Of a stretch of 32,000 nt of DNA, positions 1 through 8,348 are shown in pieces. The position numbers and the translations under genes were made by a program. The notes beneath the pieces were generated by a model. That model was not told the DNA's origin and did no database searches. It was given only the letters and a program-made list of their open reading frames with translations. Source of the DNA: Staphylothermus marinus F1 (GTDB lineage Archaea; Thermoproteota; Thermoprotei_A; Sulfolobales; Desulfurococcaceae); NCBI RefSeq assembly GCF_000015945.1, contig NC_009033.1:390001-422000 (forward strand). Direction: 5' to 3'. The number at the start of each line of letters is the position of its first letter. Position 1 is the stretch's first letter.

Positions 1-595
1 AGTGATTATCTATTATGGGATCAAGTCTATCTCTAGGATTAAATAATCCCCGTGCAATAATGAATTTCGCAAATAACAGAGGCTTCTTCTCAACAGGGTC
101 CTCATATGCCCTAAACACTCTTAGATTATCCACTAAGCCTGGCTCATCTATTGTTCCACGAATCAAATTATTGCTTCTACTCAGCAATTCCTCTACACTA
201 CCATTGAATAGCTTCAACAATTTTACACCCAGATCTCTTAGAAGAAACGCTCTAATCTCTGGATCAGGAGGTTCAGCACCTCCTATACTTAGCCATTTCT
301 TAACATCATCAATAGTTATTTTTGAAAGATTTTCTGGAGAGAAAAAGCTTGGGTCATTATCGTATTTTATTTTTCCAAGCCTATATAAGAGATCGGCTCC
401 ATGATAACAATCATCGTTTGGTAAGCATGCCTCATATGGTTTCCCAGGCCTACTAAGCCTGTGATCCATTGCAACCATTACAATAAAATATCTAAGAACA
501 TCTTCTCTATCATCCTTTTGAGACGGATAAAATCTTTCATCAAACAAATCCAAAATCTCCAATCTATCCTTCATCTTAGAAAGAATTCGAGCCAT
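1..595 (-). CDS. hypothetical protein, possibly HhH-type N-glycosylase-like (AGOG/DUF2419-like); C-terminus cut by window edge
   Basis: This ORF is absent from the ORF track because it has no stop in the window. The reverse strand from ATG (593-595) reads MARILSKMKDRLEILDLFDERFYPSQKDDREDVLRYFIVMVAMDHRLSRPGKPYEA...EKKPLLFAKFIIARGLFNPRDRLDPIIDNH with no stop down to position 1. In-frame GTG (644-646) and TTG (650-652) are alternative starts. The fold guess rests only on remembered similarity of the C-terminal helix plus Asp motif to the AGOG/DUF2419 families. Confidence 0.6.
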   Translation of the reverse strand, partial: MARILSKMKDRLEILDLFDERFYPSQKDDREDVLRYFIVMVAMDHRLSRPGKPYEACLPNDDCYHGADLLYRLGKIKYDNDPSFFSPENLSKITIDDVKKWLSIGGAEPPDPEIRAFLLRDLGVKLLKLFNGSVEELLSRSNNLIRGTIDEPGLVDNLRVFRAYEDPVEKKPLLFAKFIIARGLFNPRDRLDPIIDNH

Positions 596-754
596 TCTCT
601 CAGCAATCCTAGTATCGATACCTATAACCTCCAATAATACATACACCCTCAAGATTAGATTGATTATTCTGTTATGATGTTAATCTACATCATAGATTTA
701 TTCTCTCTATAACATTAATATCTTTAATAGATAGGGTTTTCATGGAGGAAGAAT

Positions 755-1264
755 TTGACAATAAAATCCCTGATTGGTTTCATAGATAGGGATCATTTCG
801 AAATCGATGAAGCACTCGTTATAGGGGGTATTAAAAGCGTCTATATAAATACGAAATACTTGACAGTTATAGGATTTGTTAATGTAAAGAATTTGTTAGT
901 AACTAAGAATTTACTAGTTATAGGTGGTGGTAGGATAAAGAAGCTTGTGGGAGAAAACATTATATTGAAAACTGATGATGCCCCGCTCATTATAGATGAG
1001 CTGAAAGCTAAAGAAGCATATCTGCTAGGCGGAAAACACCCAGTAATCATTTATGATGCTTTATTATTTTCTACTTTTCTAAAACATGCATTGATCAATA
1101 AATTGAAAGCAAAGAAAATAATTTTCTCTAGCAGAGCGAGAGTTAAGGTTCTAGCTGATTGTGATGAACTATATTTTATTGATCCACATACGTATATTGA
1201 AGAATTTCAGTGCAAACCCAGCAAGTATGTTTTTAAATATGAAGTAGTCGAAGAATCTAAGTAA
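755..1264 (+). CDS. hypothetical protein
   Basis: 169-aa ORF with a TTG start. The N-terminal half is repetitive and V/I/G-rich (VIGGIKSVYINTKYLTVIGFVNVKNLLVTKNLLVIGGG), which suggests a beta-rich repeat. No family was recognised. Confidence 0.45.
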   Translation: MTIKSLIGFIDRDHFEIDEALVIGGIKSVYINTKYLTVIGFVNVKNLLVTKNLLVIGGGRIKKLVGENIILKTDDAPLIIDELKAKEAYLLGGKHPVIIYDALLFSTFLKHALINKLKAKKIIFSSRARVKVLADCDELYFIDPHTYIEEFQCKPSKYVFKYEVVEESK

Positions 1265-1321
1265 ATATTTCTGATCACTGATCAACAAGGTATTCTATGA
1301 AAAATAATTATTTCTTACAAT

Positions 1322-2113
1322 TCATTGCTTAGGTGTGTATGTTTTTAATGGTTCTCCGTTAATGATAGCGTATACTTCGACATAGTCTTTTAGAGGAGTT
1401 GTTTTTATCTTTGGCATTAATACTTCGTCTACTTGGAATATGCCTGCTCTTTCATTCATGTGTACCATGATCTTTATCGGTACTTTTTCGCCTGGTACTA
1501 CTTCTACTTTCTTAATGCTCAGCGCTGATACACTATGTATTGATATTCCTCCTAAACGATAGGGGACCCTGGCTCTACCTTCAGCCATGTCTAAGCCATC
1601 GCCAACACCAACGCATCCTGCTTCAATTGTTAAGCAGACAGCATCGTATGCTGTGCAGAATATGCTGTGCATTATTTCTTGTCTCAACATTATCCTTGTT
1701 CTTTGATCATCTATTATCTTCTCTAATGCTCTATCAATTATTGGTTTAGCAAGTAGTGCCCCTATTTTTTCGTGTAGGTCTCTATGTATAGAATTACCTA
1801 TGTCGTGTAGTAGGGCTCCATATAGTGGCACAATCCATGCATATTCAGGATCATCTACTACTTTATCCCTGATAAGCGTTGATTTAATCCCTGAGTTGAG
1901 TAGTAGTTGGTATAGATAAAGTGCTGCACCAGCAGCTATTTGTGCATGTACTGGTCCATGATCATTGTATTTCAGCCTCTTAACAGCCATAATATTAGAC
2001 ATTTCCCACAATGTTTGAACTTCTGGATCATTAACTAGTACCTCATATGCTTTCTTCAATAATGGTTTATCATTCACAATCTTCTTTACCAACCCAGCAT
2101 TTATTACTACCAT
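1322..2113 (-). CDS. HD-domain metal-dependent phosphohydrolase
   Basis: 263 aa with the H...HD signature: HGPVHAQIAAG followed by GALLHDIGNSIHRDLHEKIG. Confidence 0.8.
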   Translation of the reverse strand: MVVINAGLVKKIVNDKPLLKKAYEVLVNDPEVQTLWEMSNIMAVKRLKYNDHGPVHAQIAAGAALYLYQLLLNSGIKSTLIRDKVVDDPEYAWIVPLYGALLHDIGNSIHRDLHEKIGALLAKPIIDRALEKIIDDQRTRIMLRQEIMHSIFCTAYDAVCLTIEAGCVGVGDGLDMAEGRARVPYRLGGISIHSVSALSIKKVEVVPGEKVPIKIMVHMNERAGIFQVDEVLMPKIKTTPLKDYVEVYAIINGEPLKTYTPKQ

Positions 2114-2262
2114 AAGAGTACCACCTCTTCACAAGTTTTTAGTGTAAACCTTCTTGACATATACAGAGTTCTCCATGTTGTATAAATGTTTATGGAAACC
2201 TCTATGATTACTTAGGAATTATGGGTTTAAACCAATTATTCCCATAATCGTTTCCTTCTTGT

Positions 2263-2601
2263 CTAAGCCTTGATGAGTTTTACAGGAATATATAGGTTTC
2301 CTCTCCGAGTAATCATTAAGTATACTTTATCCCTACATTTAACCCGGTAATCCTGAACACATAGTATTGCTTCATAGTTTATTTCTGGAACAATAATTGA
2401 TACACAATTATTTCTATTTAAACATTTCAATGAGACACCTCTCTTCTTTGCCAACATATATAGTGTGTTGAGTATTTTGCATTCAGGACTAATATCTAAG
2501 TGATCATTTTTAGCCCGCATATATCCTCTGGGATGATACTCTGCTATACACTGCATGGAATCATTGTTTACGGTTATTTCGAGTTTTATTTTATGTTTCA
2601 A
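2263..2601 (-). CDS. hypothetical protein (112 aa, several Cys)
   Basis: Intact ORF on the same strand as, and upstream of, the HD-domain gene. No motif was recognised. Confidence 0.4.
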   Translation of the reverse strand: MKHKIKLEITVNNDSMQCIAEYHPRGYMRAKNDHLDISPECKILNTLYMLAKKRGVSLKCLNRNNCVSIIVPEINYEAILCVQDYRVKCRDKVYLMITRRGNLYIPVKLIKA

Positions 2602-2664
2602 CCTATATAGCTCCCTGGATTCGTTTGTACAATGACTGTTTAAATACTTTTATCCAATTATATA

Positions 2665-3420
2665 TTGTATTTGAATAGATATATGGTGGTTTCTATGGGG
2701 AAATATGTATTGATTAAGACTAAGGAGGGATTGCTACGGGGGCTGAAGACTCTTTATTATCGTTGGAAAGGCTCTGATCCACCAAATGATCTATTATTGC
2801 TTAAGCCTATTAGAGAAGATGTTTCTCCATGGATAAACTATACTTGGTGGCGCAATCCAGCACCTGGTGTTCCAGCAGAATTCTTCGCTATAGCATGGCT
2901 TGGCTTCATATATGTTGATAAAGCAGGTGTTTATAGATTCTATGTTACAACTGATGATGGTAGTCGTGTATGGGTTGATGGAAAATTATTAATTGATGCT
3001 TGGAAAGATCAACCCCCTACAACATATGTTAGCGAACCAATTCCTCTAAGCGAGGGTTATCATAGATTGAAATATTATTTCTATAATAGATATGCTTTTG
3101 CCCAAGCAGTTCTTGGATGGATTCCTCAGGAGGGGGAGGCAGGAGTTATTCCCAAGGATAGGTTCTACCATGTAATAAGTGATAGAGTATTTTTTGAAGG
3201 TGTTCCAGAAGACTATACTGTAGAAGTATTGCCTAGCGGTGCTGAGAAGAAGATATGTATTTCTAGAGGGGGTGTATGTGGTATACGAGTATTATTTGAT
3301 GAATTACCAATGGAGGCTATTGTAAGAGTTCTAGATACTAGTGGCGGAGTAGTATATGAAACGCCTGAAAAAATCACTTTGTGGGGAGGAGACGAGATAA
3401 AACTAGCAGAGATCAAGTAG
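2665..3420 (+). CDS. PA14 domain-containing protein
   Basis: The core FAIAWLGFIYVDKAGVYRFYVTTDDGSRVWVDGKLLIDAWKDQPPTTYVSEPIPLSEGYHRLKYYFYNRYAFAQAVLGW matches the PA14 pattern (F..T.DDG.rlwvdg.lvid.W). The ORF opens at TTG 2665, and ATG codons at 2683 and 2695 are more likely starts. No N-terminal signal peptide is evident. Confidence 0.75.
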   Translation: MYLNRYMVVSMGKYVLIKTKEGLLRGLKTLYYRWKGSDPPNDLLLLKPIREDVSPWINYTWWRNPAPGVPAEFFAIAWLGFIYVDKAGVYRFYVTTDDGSRVWVDGKLLIDAWKDQPPTTYVSEPIPLSEGYHRLKYYFYNRYAFAQAVLGWIPQEGEAGVIPKDRFYHVISDRVFFEGVPEDYTVEVLPSGAEKKICISRGGVCGIRVLFDELPMEAIVRVLDTSGGVVYETPEKITLWGGDEIKLAEIK

Positions 3421-3442
3421 TGTATTTAGAGGAGCGTCTGCT

Positions 3443-4339
3443 TTGGATCCGATCGTCACTGTATTTCTCTTATTTGGATTTATAGGTTTAGGAGTATTAT
3501 CCCGTGTCTTAATGGGTAAGAATAAATTATTCAACCTGTTCATGAATGTTTTAAACAAGTTTATCTACTATATATTGTTACCGTTCGTTTTCCTAGACAT
3601 ATTTGCGAGTAGAGGTGTTGAATTAGCAGATATAAACATAGCGTTGACAGCGTTCATTTATGTAGTTATTAGTGTAATAGTTCTCCTAAGAATACCTTTA
3701 AACTATGACCGTGGACTTAGAAACTCTATAGTGATCACAAGTATTTTCCAGAACAATGTCTTCCTAGGATTTCCCGTATTATTGATAATGTTTAATGATA
3801 TATCGGCAGCTGCAATGTATAGTTTAGTTATCTTTATTCTACACATACTTGTTGCAGGACTGCTTGCTGCTAGGAAAGAAAATATTTTGGTTTCTATTCT
3901 TAAAATACCTATAATATATGGTTTTATAGCTGGAACAATAATACATTATATAATATATGAACAATACCAAGCAATAACACATATCACAATTTATACGCAT
4001 AGTCTTCTAAGCTACAGCGCAGTATATGTATTGGGATACACATTACCGCTCACACTATCACATATTAAACAATACATGAAAGCACTATATATTACAGGGA
4101 CATGGAGATTCCTGGCAAGCCCACTAATACACTATACGATACTATCATTCCTCACAATCCGCCCCAATCTATACTGGAAAGAAATAATGATCCTCTCAAT
4201 AATGCCCCCAGCAGTAATGAACACAGTAATAGCAAGAGTATATAATTGGAAACCCGAACTAGTAGCTAGCACAACACTAATACTAACACTAACATCCCTA
4301 ATCATAATCACAGCAATAATACTAATACAAACAATATAA
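3443..4339 (+). CDS. AEC (auxin efflux carrier) family membrane transporter
   Basis: 298 aa and polytopic, with a TTG start. The N-terminus (IVTVFLLFGFIGLGVLSRV ... FIYYILLPFVFL) and the central SIFQNNVFLGFPV motif are typical of AEC-family permeases. Confidence 0.65.
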   Translation: MDPIVTVFLLFGFIGLGVLSRVLMGKNKLFNLFMNVLNKFIYYILLPFVFLDIFASRGVELADINIALTAFIYVVISVIVLLRIPLNYDRGLRNSIVITSIFQNNVFLGFPVLLIMFNDISAAAMYSLVIFILHILVAGLLAARKENILVSILKIPIIYGFIAGTIIHYIIYEQYQAITHITIYTHSLLSYSAVYVLGYTLPLTLSHIKQYMKALYITGTWRFLASPLIHYTILSFLTIRPNLYWKEIMILSIMPPAVMNTVIARVYNWKPELVASTTLILTLTSLIIITAIILIQTI

Positions 4340-4377
4340 AACAACAAAACAAATAAAAACAAGAAATAGACAAAAAC

Positions 4378-4452
4378 GGGCCCGTAGCCTAGCCAGGAAA
4401 GGGCGCCGGCCTCCGGAGCCGGAGATCCCGGGTTCAAATCCCGGCGGGCCCG
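4378..4452 (+). tRNA. tRNA-Arg (anticodon CCG)
   Basis: Hand-folded cloverleaf. Acceptor stem GGGCCCG/CGGGCCC, D stem GCCT/GGGC, anticodon stem CCGGC/GCCGG with loop CTCCGGA (anticodon CCG), variable loop AGATC, T arm CCGGG-TTCAAAT-CCCGG, discriminator G. No intron and no encoded CCA. The sequence is GC-rich in an AT-rich context. Confidence 0.93.
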
Positions 4453-4572
4453 CATCAACACCAATACCCACAACCAAAACAACCCATCCTTCACAACACC
4501 CACACAACCCTAACACTCAATCTATCCATATTGTCACTATATGACAAACATATAATTCCTACAGATCTTCAT

Positions 4573-4921
4573 CTCTCAATTCTTTCTATGTTGTTACGTG
4601 GATGCTAGAAAGATGATGGTGGAGAGGATAAAAAACTTTCAATTCTTTCTATGTTGTTACACTACTAAATATTATGGTGTGAAAGATGGGGGTTCTCAGC
4701 TTTCAATTCTTTCTATGTTGTTACCCCGTAACAGTAACTGCAACTGCAACAGCACCCGTTATTAGCTTTCAATTCTTTCTATGTTGTTACATATTTATCT
4801 GGCATAAGCTATGTTGAACTGCGTGCATTACCTTTCAATTCTTTCTATGTTGTTACCTAAAATAATTGAAAGAGCCGAACATGTTGTCAGAACCATCTTT
4901 CAATTCTTTCTATGTTGTTAC
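4573..4921 (-). CRISPR. CRISPR array A: 6 repeats, 5 spacers, transcription inferred on the minus strand
   Basis: On the plus strand, CTTTCAATTCTTTCTATGTTGTTAC occurs at 4636, 4700, 4766, 4832 and 4897, plus the variant CTCTCAATT... at 4573. Spacers are 38, 39, 41, 41 and 40 nt. The reverse complement GTAACAACATAGAAAGAATTGAAAG ends in ATTGAAAG, the repeat 3' end typical of crenarchaeal type I-A/III-associated repeats. This places the leader to the right of the array. Confidence 0.95.
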
Positions 4922-5084
4922 TTTGGTTCGAATTTTTTGCTACATTTGTATTTTTTGTTCGAACCAGTATATATTGCTTTCTATATTTAATTCCTAGACT
5001 GATCATATTCGATTGATTTTCTATTGGTTTAATAGTATCTTTGAGGTATTGATGGGTTTGTATAATGAAAAACATTCGACTATG
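4922..5084 (-). promoter_or_regulatory. CRISPR leader of array A
   Basis: AT-rich segment abutting the intact end of array A. Its reverse complement aligns by eye with 5292-5455. Shared blocks are TCGAATnTTTTTCATTnTACAAAC, AGATACTATTAA, TCGAAnATGATCA and AAATATAGAAA, and both end in ATTCGAACCAAA directly before the first repeat. An A/T-rich TATA-like stretch lies about 25-35 nt from the repeat. Confidence 0.65.
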
Positions 5085-5291
5085 TTTCTATTATCCATGT
5101 GTATTAATAGGCTTATTGATTGTAGTTTCTGATTTGTTCTGCTTTTGCTTTTGTTCTTAATTGTTTATATGGTTTAGGCAGAAGTTTACTATGTAATTAT
5201 GCTTTCGCTAAATTCTAAACTGCCTCATAAATAATCATTATTTCCTAACTGTTGCGCCTCACTAATGAAAATTATACAAAAAATCCATAGA

Positions 5292-5455
5292 CATACAATC
5301 GAATATTTTTCATTGTACAAACTTTTCAGGGGGTCGGAGATACTATTAAGTCTATAGAAAACTGGTCGAACATGATCAATTAGGGATCAAATATAGAAAA
5401 ACATATATAACAATTCGAAAATAAAATATAAACGTAACAACGTATTCGAACCAAA
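5292..5455 (+). promoter_or_regulatory. CRISPR leader of array B
   Basis: Homologous, in inverted orientation, to 4922-5084. It ends ...AAAATAAAATATAAACGTAACAACGTATTCGAACCAAA immediately before repeat 1 at 5456. It contains a partial repeat-like GTAACAAC at 5434-5441. Confidence 0.65.
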
Positions 5456-6043
5456 GTAACAACATAGAAAGAATTGAAAGTCGACATCGATCCAGTATCT
5501 GTTCCCGACCCGATCGATGTAACAACATAGAAAGAATTGAAAGCCCTTTGTCTAGGCATACCCTAAAGTTTGCATATTGATGTAACAACATAGAAAGAAT
5601 TGAAAGCCCTTTGTCTAGGCATACCCTAAAGTTTGCATATTGATGTAACAACATAGAAAGAATTGAAAGCCTTTTTTCCTCGTATTGCCTGAATACTTCG
5701 TTAGGCAGTGTAACAACATAGAAAGAATTGAAAGCCCTCAAGCGAGTCCAGTAGTTCTCCTATATAATTGCTAGTAACAACATAGAAAGAATTGAAAGTA
5801 AACATCCTGCTAAAGCAAATACGTATCTATTGGAGTATGTAACAACATAGAAAGAATTGAAAGCCATCTTTCGTTCTCACATATACCCAATCACCAGCTG
5901 GATGTAGCAACATAGAAAGAATTGAAAGTGAACAACCCGCCTTTACTCCTTTTGCTCTTCCTTTTTCTGTAGCAACATAGAAAGAATTGAAAGTGGTCGT
6001 CATCATAGTATACATGTAGTAGAAACATTGAAAGAATTGGGTG
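5456..6043 (+). CRISPR. CRISPR array B: 10 repeats (last one degenerate), 9 spacers
   Basis: GTAACAACATAGAAAGAATTGAAAG occurs at 5456, 5519, 5582, 5645, 5710, 5774 and 5839. GTAGCAAC... variants occur at 5904 and 5969, and a degenerate terminal copy lies at 6019-6043 (20/25 matches). Spacers are 38, 38, 38, 40, 39, 40, 40, 40 and 25 nt. Spacers 2 and 3 are identical. Confidence 0.95.
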
Positions 6044-6158
6044 GAATATGGTTGTTTATTTGTTTATTTTTTGGGGTTTCTATAGTTTTTAAAAGTTTAT
6101 TGATAGTTTGTTTTTGTGATGTTGTGGTGGTTTTTGTGTTTTTGGTTGTGTTTTTAAG

Positions 6159-6620
6159 TTGCTTTGTTTATTTTTTATTGTTAGGTGGTTGTGTGTGGTG
6201 GGGCGTGTGGAGGGTTGGTTGGTTTTTAGTGTTTTGTGTTTGTTGTTTTGGGGTTTGTGGGGTTTTATTCTTAAGTTGGCTTATTCTAATTTGTCTTGGG
6301 TTGAAACATATTTTTTGAGTAGTTTGTCTAGTTTTATTCTTGTGTTGTTTGTTGTTTCTTATTATGGGTTAAAGTTTCCTCCTCTAAATACTTATTCGGC
6401 ATTGGCTTTTATTGCTGGATTTTTTGGTGGTGCTGGATATGTATTTTTTGTTAAAGCTTTGGAGCAGGGTAAGGCTAGTGTCGTGATCCCTTTGACAGCA
6501 TTGTATCCAGCAATTACAGCTGTTATTGCATTGGTTGTTTTAAGGGAGAAGATAAGTGTTTATCAAGGAATAGGTATCATATTAGCTGTTCTGGCCAGTA
6601 TACTATTATCTTTAAAATAG
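6159..6620 (+). CDS. EamA/DMT-superfamily small membrane transporter
   Basis: A single EamA-like domain: WLVFSVLCLLFWGLWGFILKLA ... ALAFIAGFFGGAGYVFFVKALEQGKASVVIPLTALYPAITAVIALVVLREKIS. The ORF opens at TTG 6159 inside a G+T-rich tract. GTG 6207 (giving MEGWLVFSV...) is a more plausible start. Confidence 0.65.
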   Translation: MLCLFFIVRWLCVVGRVEGWLVFSVLCLLFWGLWGFILKLAYSNLSWVETYFLSSLSSFILVLFVVSYYGLKFPPLNTYSALAFIAGFFGGAGYVFFVKALEQGKASVVIPLTALYPAITAVIALVVLREKISVYQGIGIILAVLASILLSLK

Positions 6621-6811
6621 ATTTATATTTAGAGAAATACTCATAAGAAACAATTTTTTCTTCTCAAAAAGAAAAAACATATGCTTAACACAGCCATGAG
6701 AGGATTGTGAAATAATCATTGCTAAAAAGCATGGTGTGAAAGTAAAAGTTTTAGAAAAGAAAGGATTTGGAGTAGTTGCTGAAATAGTTAAGAATTCAAT
6801 TAGATAATTCT

Positions 6812-8161
6812 TCAACCTCTTCTCTTCATTAATAAAGCATAAAAGAAACCTATTGTTTCATGTCGATGTGGCCAAGCTCTCATTGTTCCGGGTAGAAAGC
6901 CTGGATCATATGGTTTGTTTAGCGGGATAAGTTCTGCATTGTAGTGTTGTTTAAGAAATTTTTCAATAATATACTCGTTCTCCTCCAGCAACATACTACA
7001 TGTGCAGTAAAGTAATTTTCCACCTGGCTTCAACAGCTTCCAGCCAGCCTCAAGCATTTCGTACTGGAGTTTTTGGAGCTCAGATATCTTCTCCTCTCTA
7101 AGCCTCCACCTTAGATCAGGGTTTTTCATTATTGTTCCATCACTACTACATGGAGCATCTAAGAGGACTCGATCAGCTATTTCCTCACCAAGTATATCTG
7201 GTGCTTTCCTCGAGTCTTCCCTATATATTCTAGCATTCCTCACACCTGTTCTGCGCAGAATATCTCGCATCCTAGCAATTCTTTTCTCATCAATATCAAA
7301 TGCATAAATAACCCCCTCATTATTCATTAATTCGGCCATATGCTGAGTTTTCCCTCCAGGAGCAGCAGCCATATCTACAACAGTCATACCAGGTTTTGGG
7401 TCTAGTATTAGGGATGCAACAGCAGCTGCTTCCTCCTGTATAACTATGTAGCCTTTCCTGAGCAAATGTGATTTATCAAAATTATATGGTCCGGGAAACT
7501 TGAGTATTGTAGGCACAATACTTGATCTCTTAACCCATTTAACCTCTCTTCTAAGCTCCTCCAATACTTCTTCAACACTTGTTTTTAAAGTATTAACTCT
7601 AACTGAGAGCGGTAATTGTTTATCCAATGCTTTAAATAGTTTCTCAGCTTCATTATTCCCCAATAATCCTATTATTTTCCTAACATACCATGGTGGAAGC
7701 ATATATTTAACAAGTAATTCTTCATCTTCATTTTTAGGCTTGTATTCATAGTTTTCATTTATTATTTTATCATATATTCTCGTATAATACATGCCAACAT
7801 ATGGATGAGTCTTGGAGGATAACAACTTAGCTACAGAGCCACGCAGATACCTCAGTGTTCTACGTGAGGGATCACGGTAAACCTTGATCTCTAATAAAAC
7901 CCTTAAAGCCGCTCTAAGCCATGGATCAATAATATATGGGTTTACACCAATAATATCACGAATATACAGGTCTAAGATGCCAAGCCTCTTCATAACACCA
8001 TAGAATATAGCAGTAACCAATGGATCCCTCTTAGAACCTAAAATACCATATTTTCTAAAAGCTCTACGCTTAGCATCTTGGCTAGGCTTAATTCTCTCAG
8101 AAAGCCTAACAGCTTCAACTAGTGCCAACACCATTTCTTTCTCAAGATCGAGCCTTGCCAA
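6812..8161 (-). CDS. RsmB/NOL1/NOP2/Sun-family RNA (cytosine-C5)-methyltransferase
   Basis: 449 aa with a NusB-like N-terminal region. SAM-binding motif DMAAAPGGKTQHMAEL. Catalytic motifs LLDAPCSSDGT and GGKLLYCTCS. Confidence 0.9.
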   Translation of the reverse strand: MARLDLEKEMVLALVEAVRLSERIKPSQDAKRRAFRKYGILGSKRDPLVTAIFYGVMKRLGILDLYIRDIIGVNPYIIDPWLRAALRVLLEIKVYRDPSRRTLRYLRGSVAKLLSSKTHPYVGMYYTRIYDKIINENYEYKPKNEDEELLVKYMLPPWYVRKIIGLLGNNEAEKLFKALDKQLPLSVRVNTLKTSVEEVLEELRREVKWVKRSSIVPTILKFPGPYNFDKSHLLRKGYIVIQEEAAAVASLILDPKPGMTVVDMAAAPGGKTQHMAELMNNEGVIYAFDIDEKRIARMRDILRRTGVRNARIYREDSRKAPDILGEEIADRVLLDAPCSSDGTIMKNPDLRWRLREEKISELQKLQYEMLEAGWKLLKPGGKLLYCTCSMLLEENEYIIEKFLKQHYNAELIPLNKPYDPGFLPGTMRAWPHRHETIGFFYALLMKRRG

Positions 8162-8348
8162 GAATGATCACACCTATCCAAATATTCAATCAATGATCAA
8201 TTATCAAGTGATTAATGCTACGAAACACGCTTATTAAACATATTCTACCAGTAAACATAGATGTTTTTCAGCAGTAATATTTCTAAAATATCTATGTTAT
8301 ATATTAATTGATAGATGAATCTGAGAATCTTTAGGAGATGTATAAGAG

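Noticed and set aside
15-404. 129-aa plus-strand ORF from the track.
   Set aside because: The sequence is low-complexity and Ser/Leu-rich, and it lies entirely antisense to a much more protein-like minus-strand reading frame (1..595). I treated it as a shadow ORF.
2215-2242. A 28-bp imperfect palindrome, GGAATTATGGGTTTAAACCAATTATTCC (12 of 14 pairs), between ORF 2263..2601 and the HD-domain gene.
   Set aside because: It could be an operator or a transcript-end hairpin, but AT-rich palindromes of this quality are common in such genomes and nothing else supports a function.
4132-4516. Minus-strand ORFs 4132..4503 and 4322..4516.
   Set aside because: They overlap the tRNA-Arg gene and the 3' end of the AEC transporter. 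They exist only because the complement of an A+C-rich tract encodes stop-free G/T codons.
4378-4572. tRNA-Arg next to the CRISPR trailer as an integration (att) site of a mobile element.
   Set aside because: No integrase gene, no duplicated tRNA 3' segment and no other mobile-element genes were found in the window.
4887-6015. Minus-strand ORFs 4887..5075, 5376..5741 and 5827..6015.
   Set aside because: They are translations of CRISPR repeats, spacers and leader; the periodic LSILSMLLH motif is the repeat itself.
6028-6318. 96-aa plus-strand ORF made almost entirely of V/F/L/C/G/W.
   Set aside because: It is a product of the 92% G+T tract downstream of array B. It starts inside the degenerate terminal repeat and overlaps the better-supported EamA frame.
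6612-6815. 67-aa minus ORF, and a plus-strand fragment reading IIIAKKHGVKVKVLEKKGFGVVAEIVKNSIR*, in the convergent intergenic region.
   Set aside because: The minus ORF has no recognisable features. The plus-strand fragment looks protein-like but has no canonical start upstream of an in-frame TGA. It may be a gene remnant, but that cannot be supported from the sequence alone.
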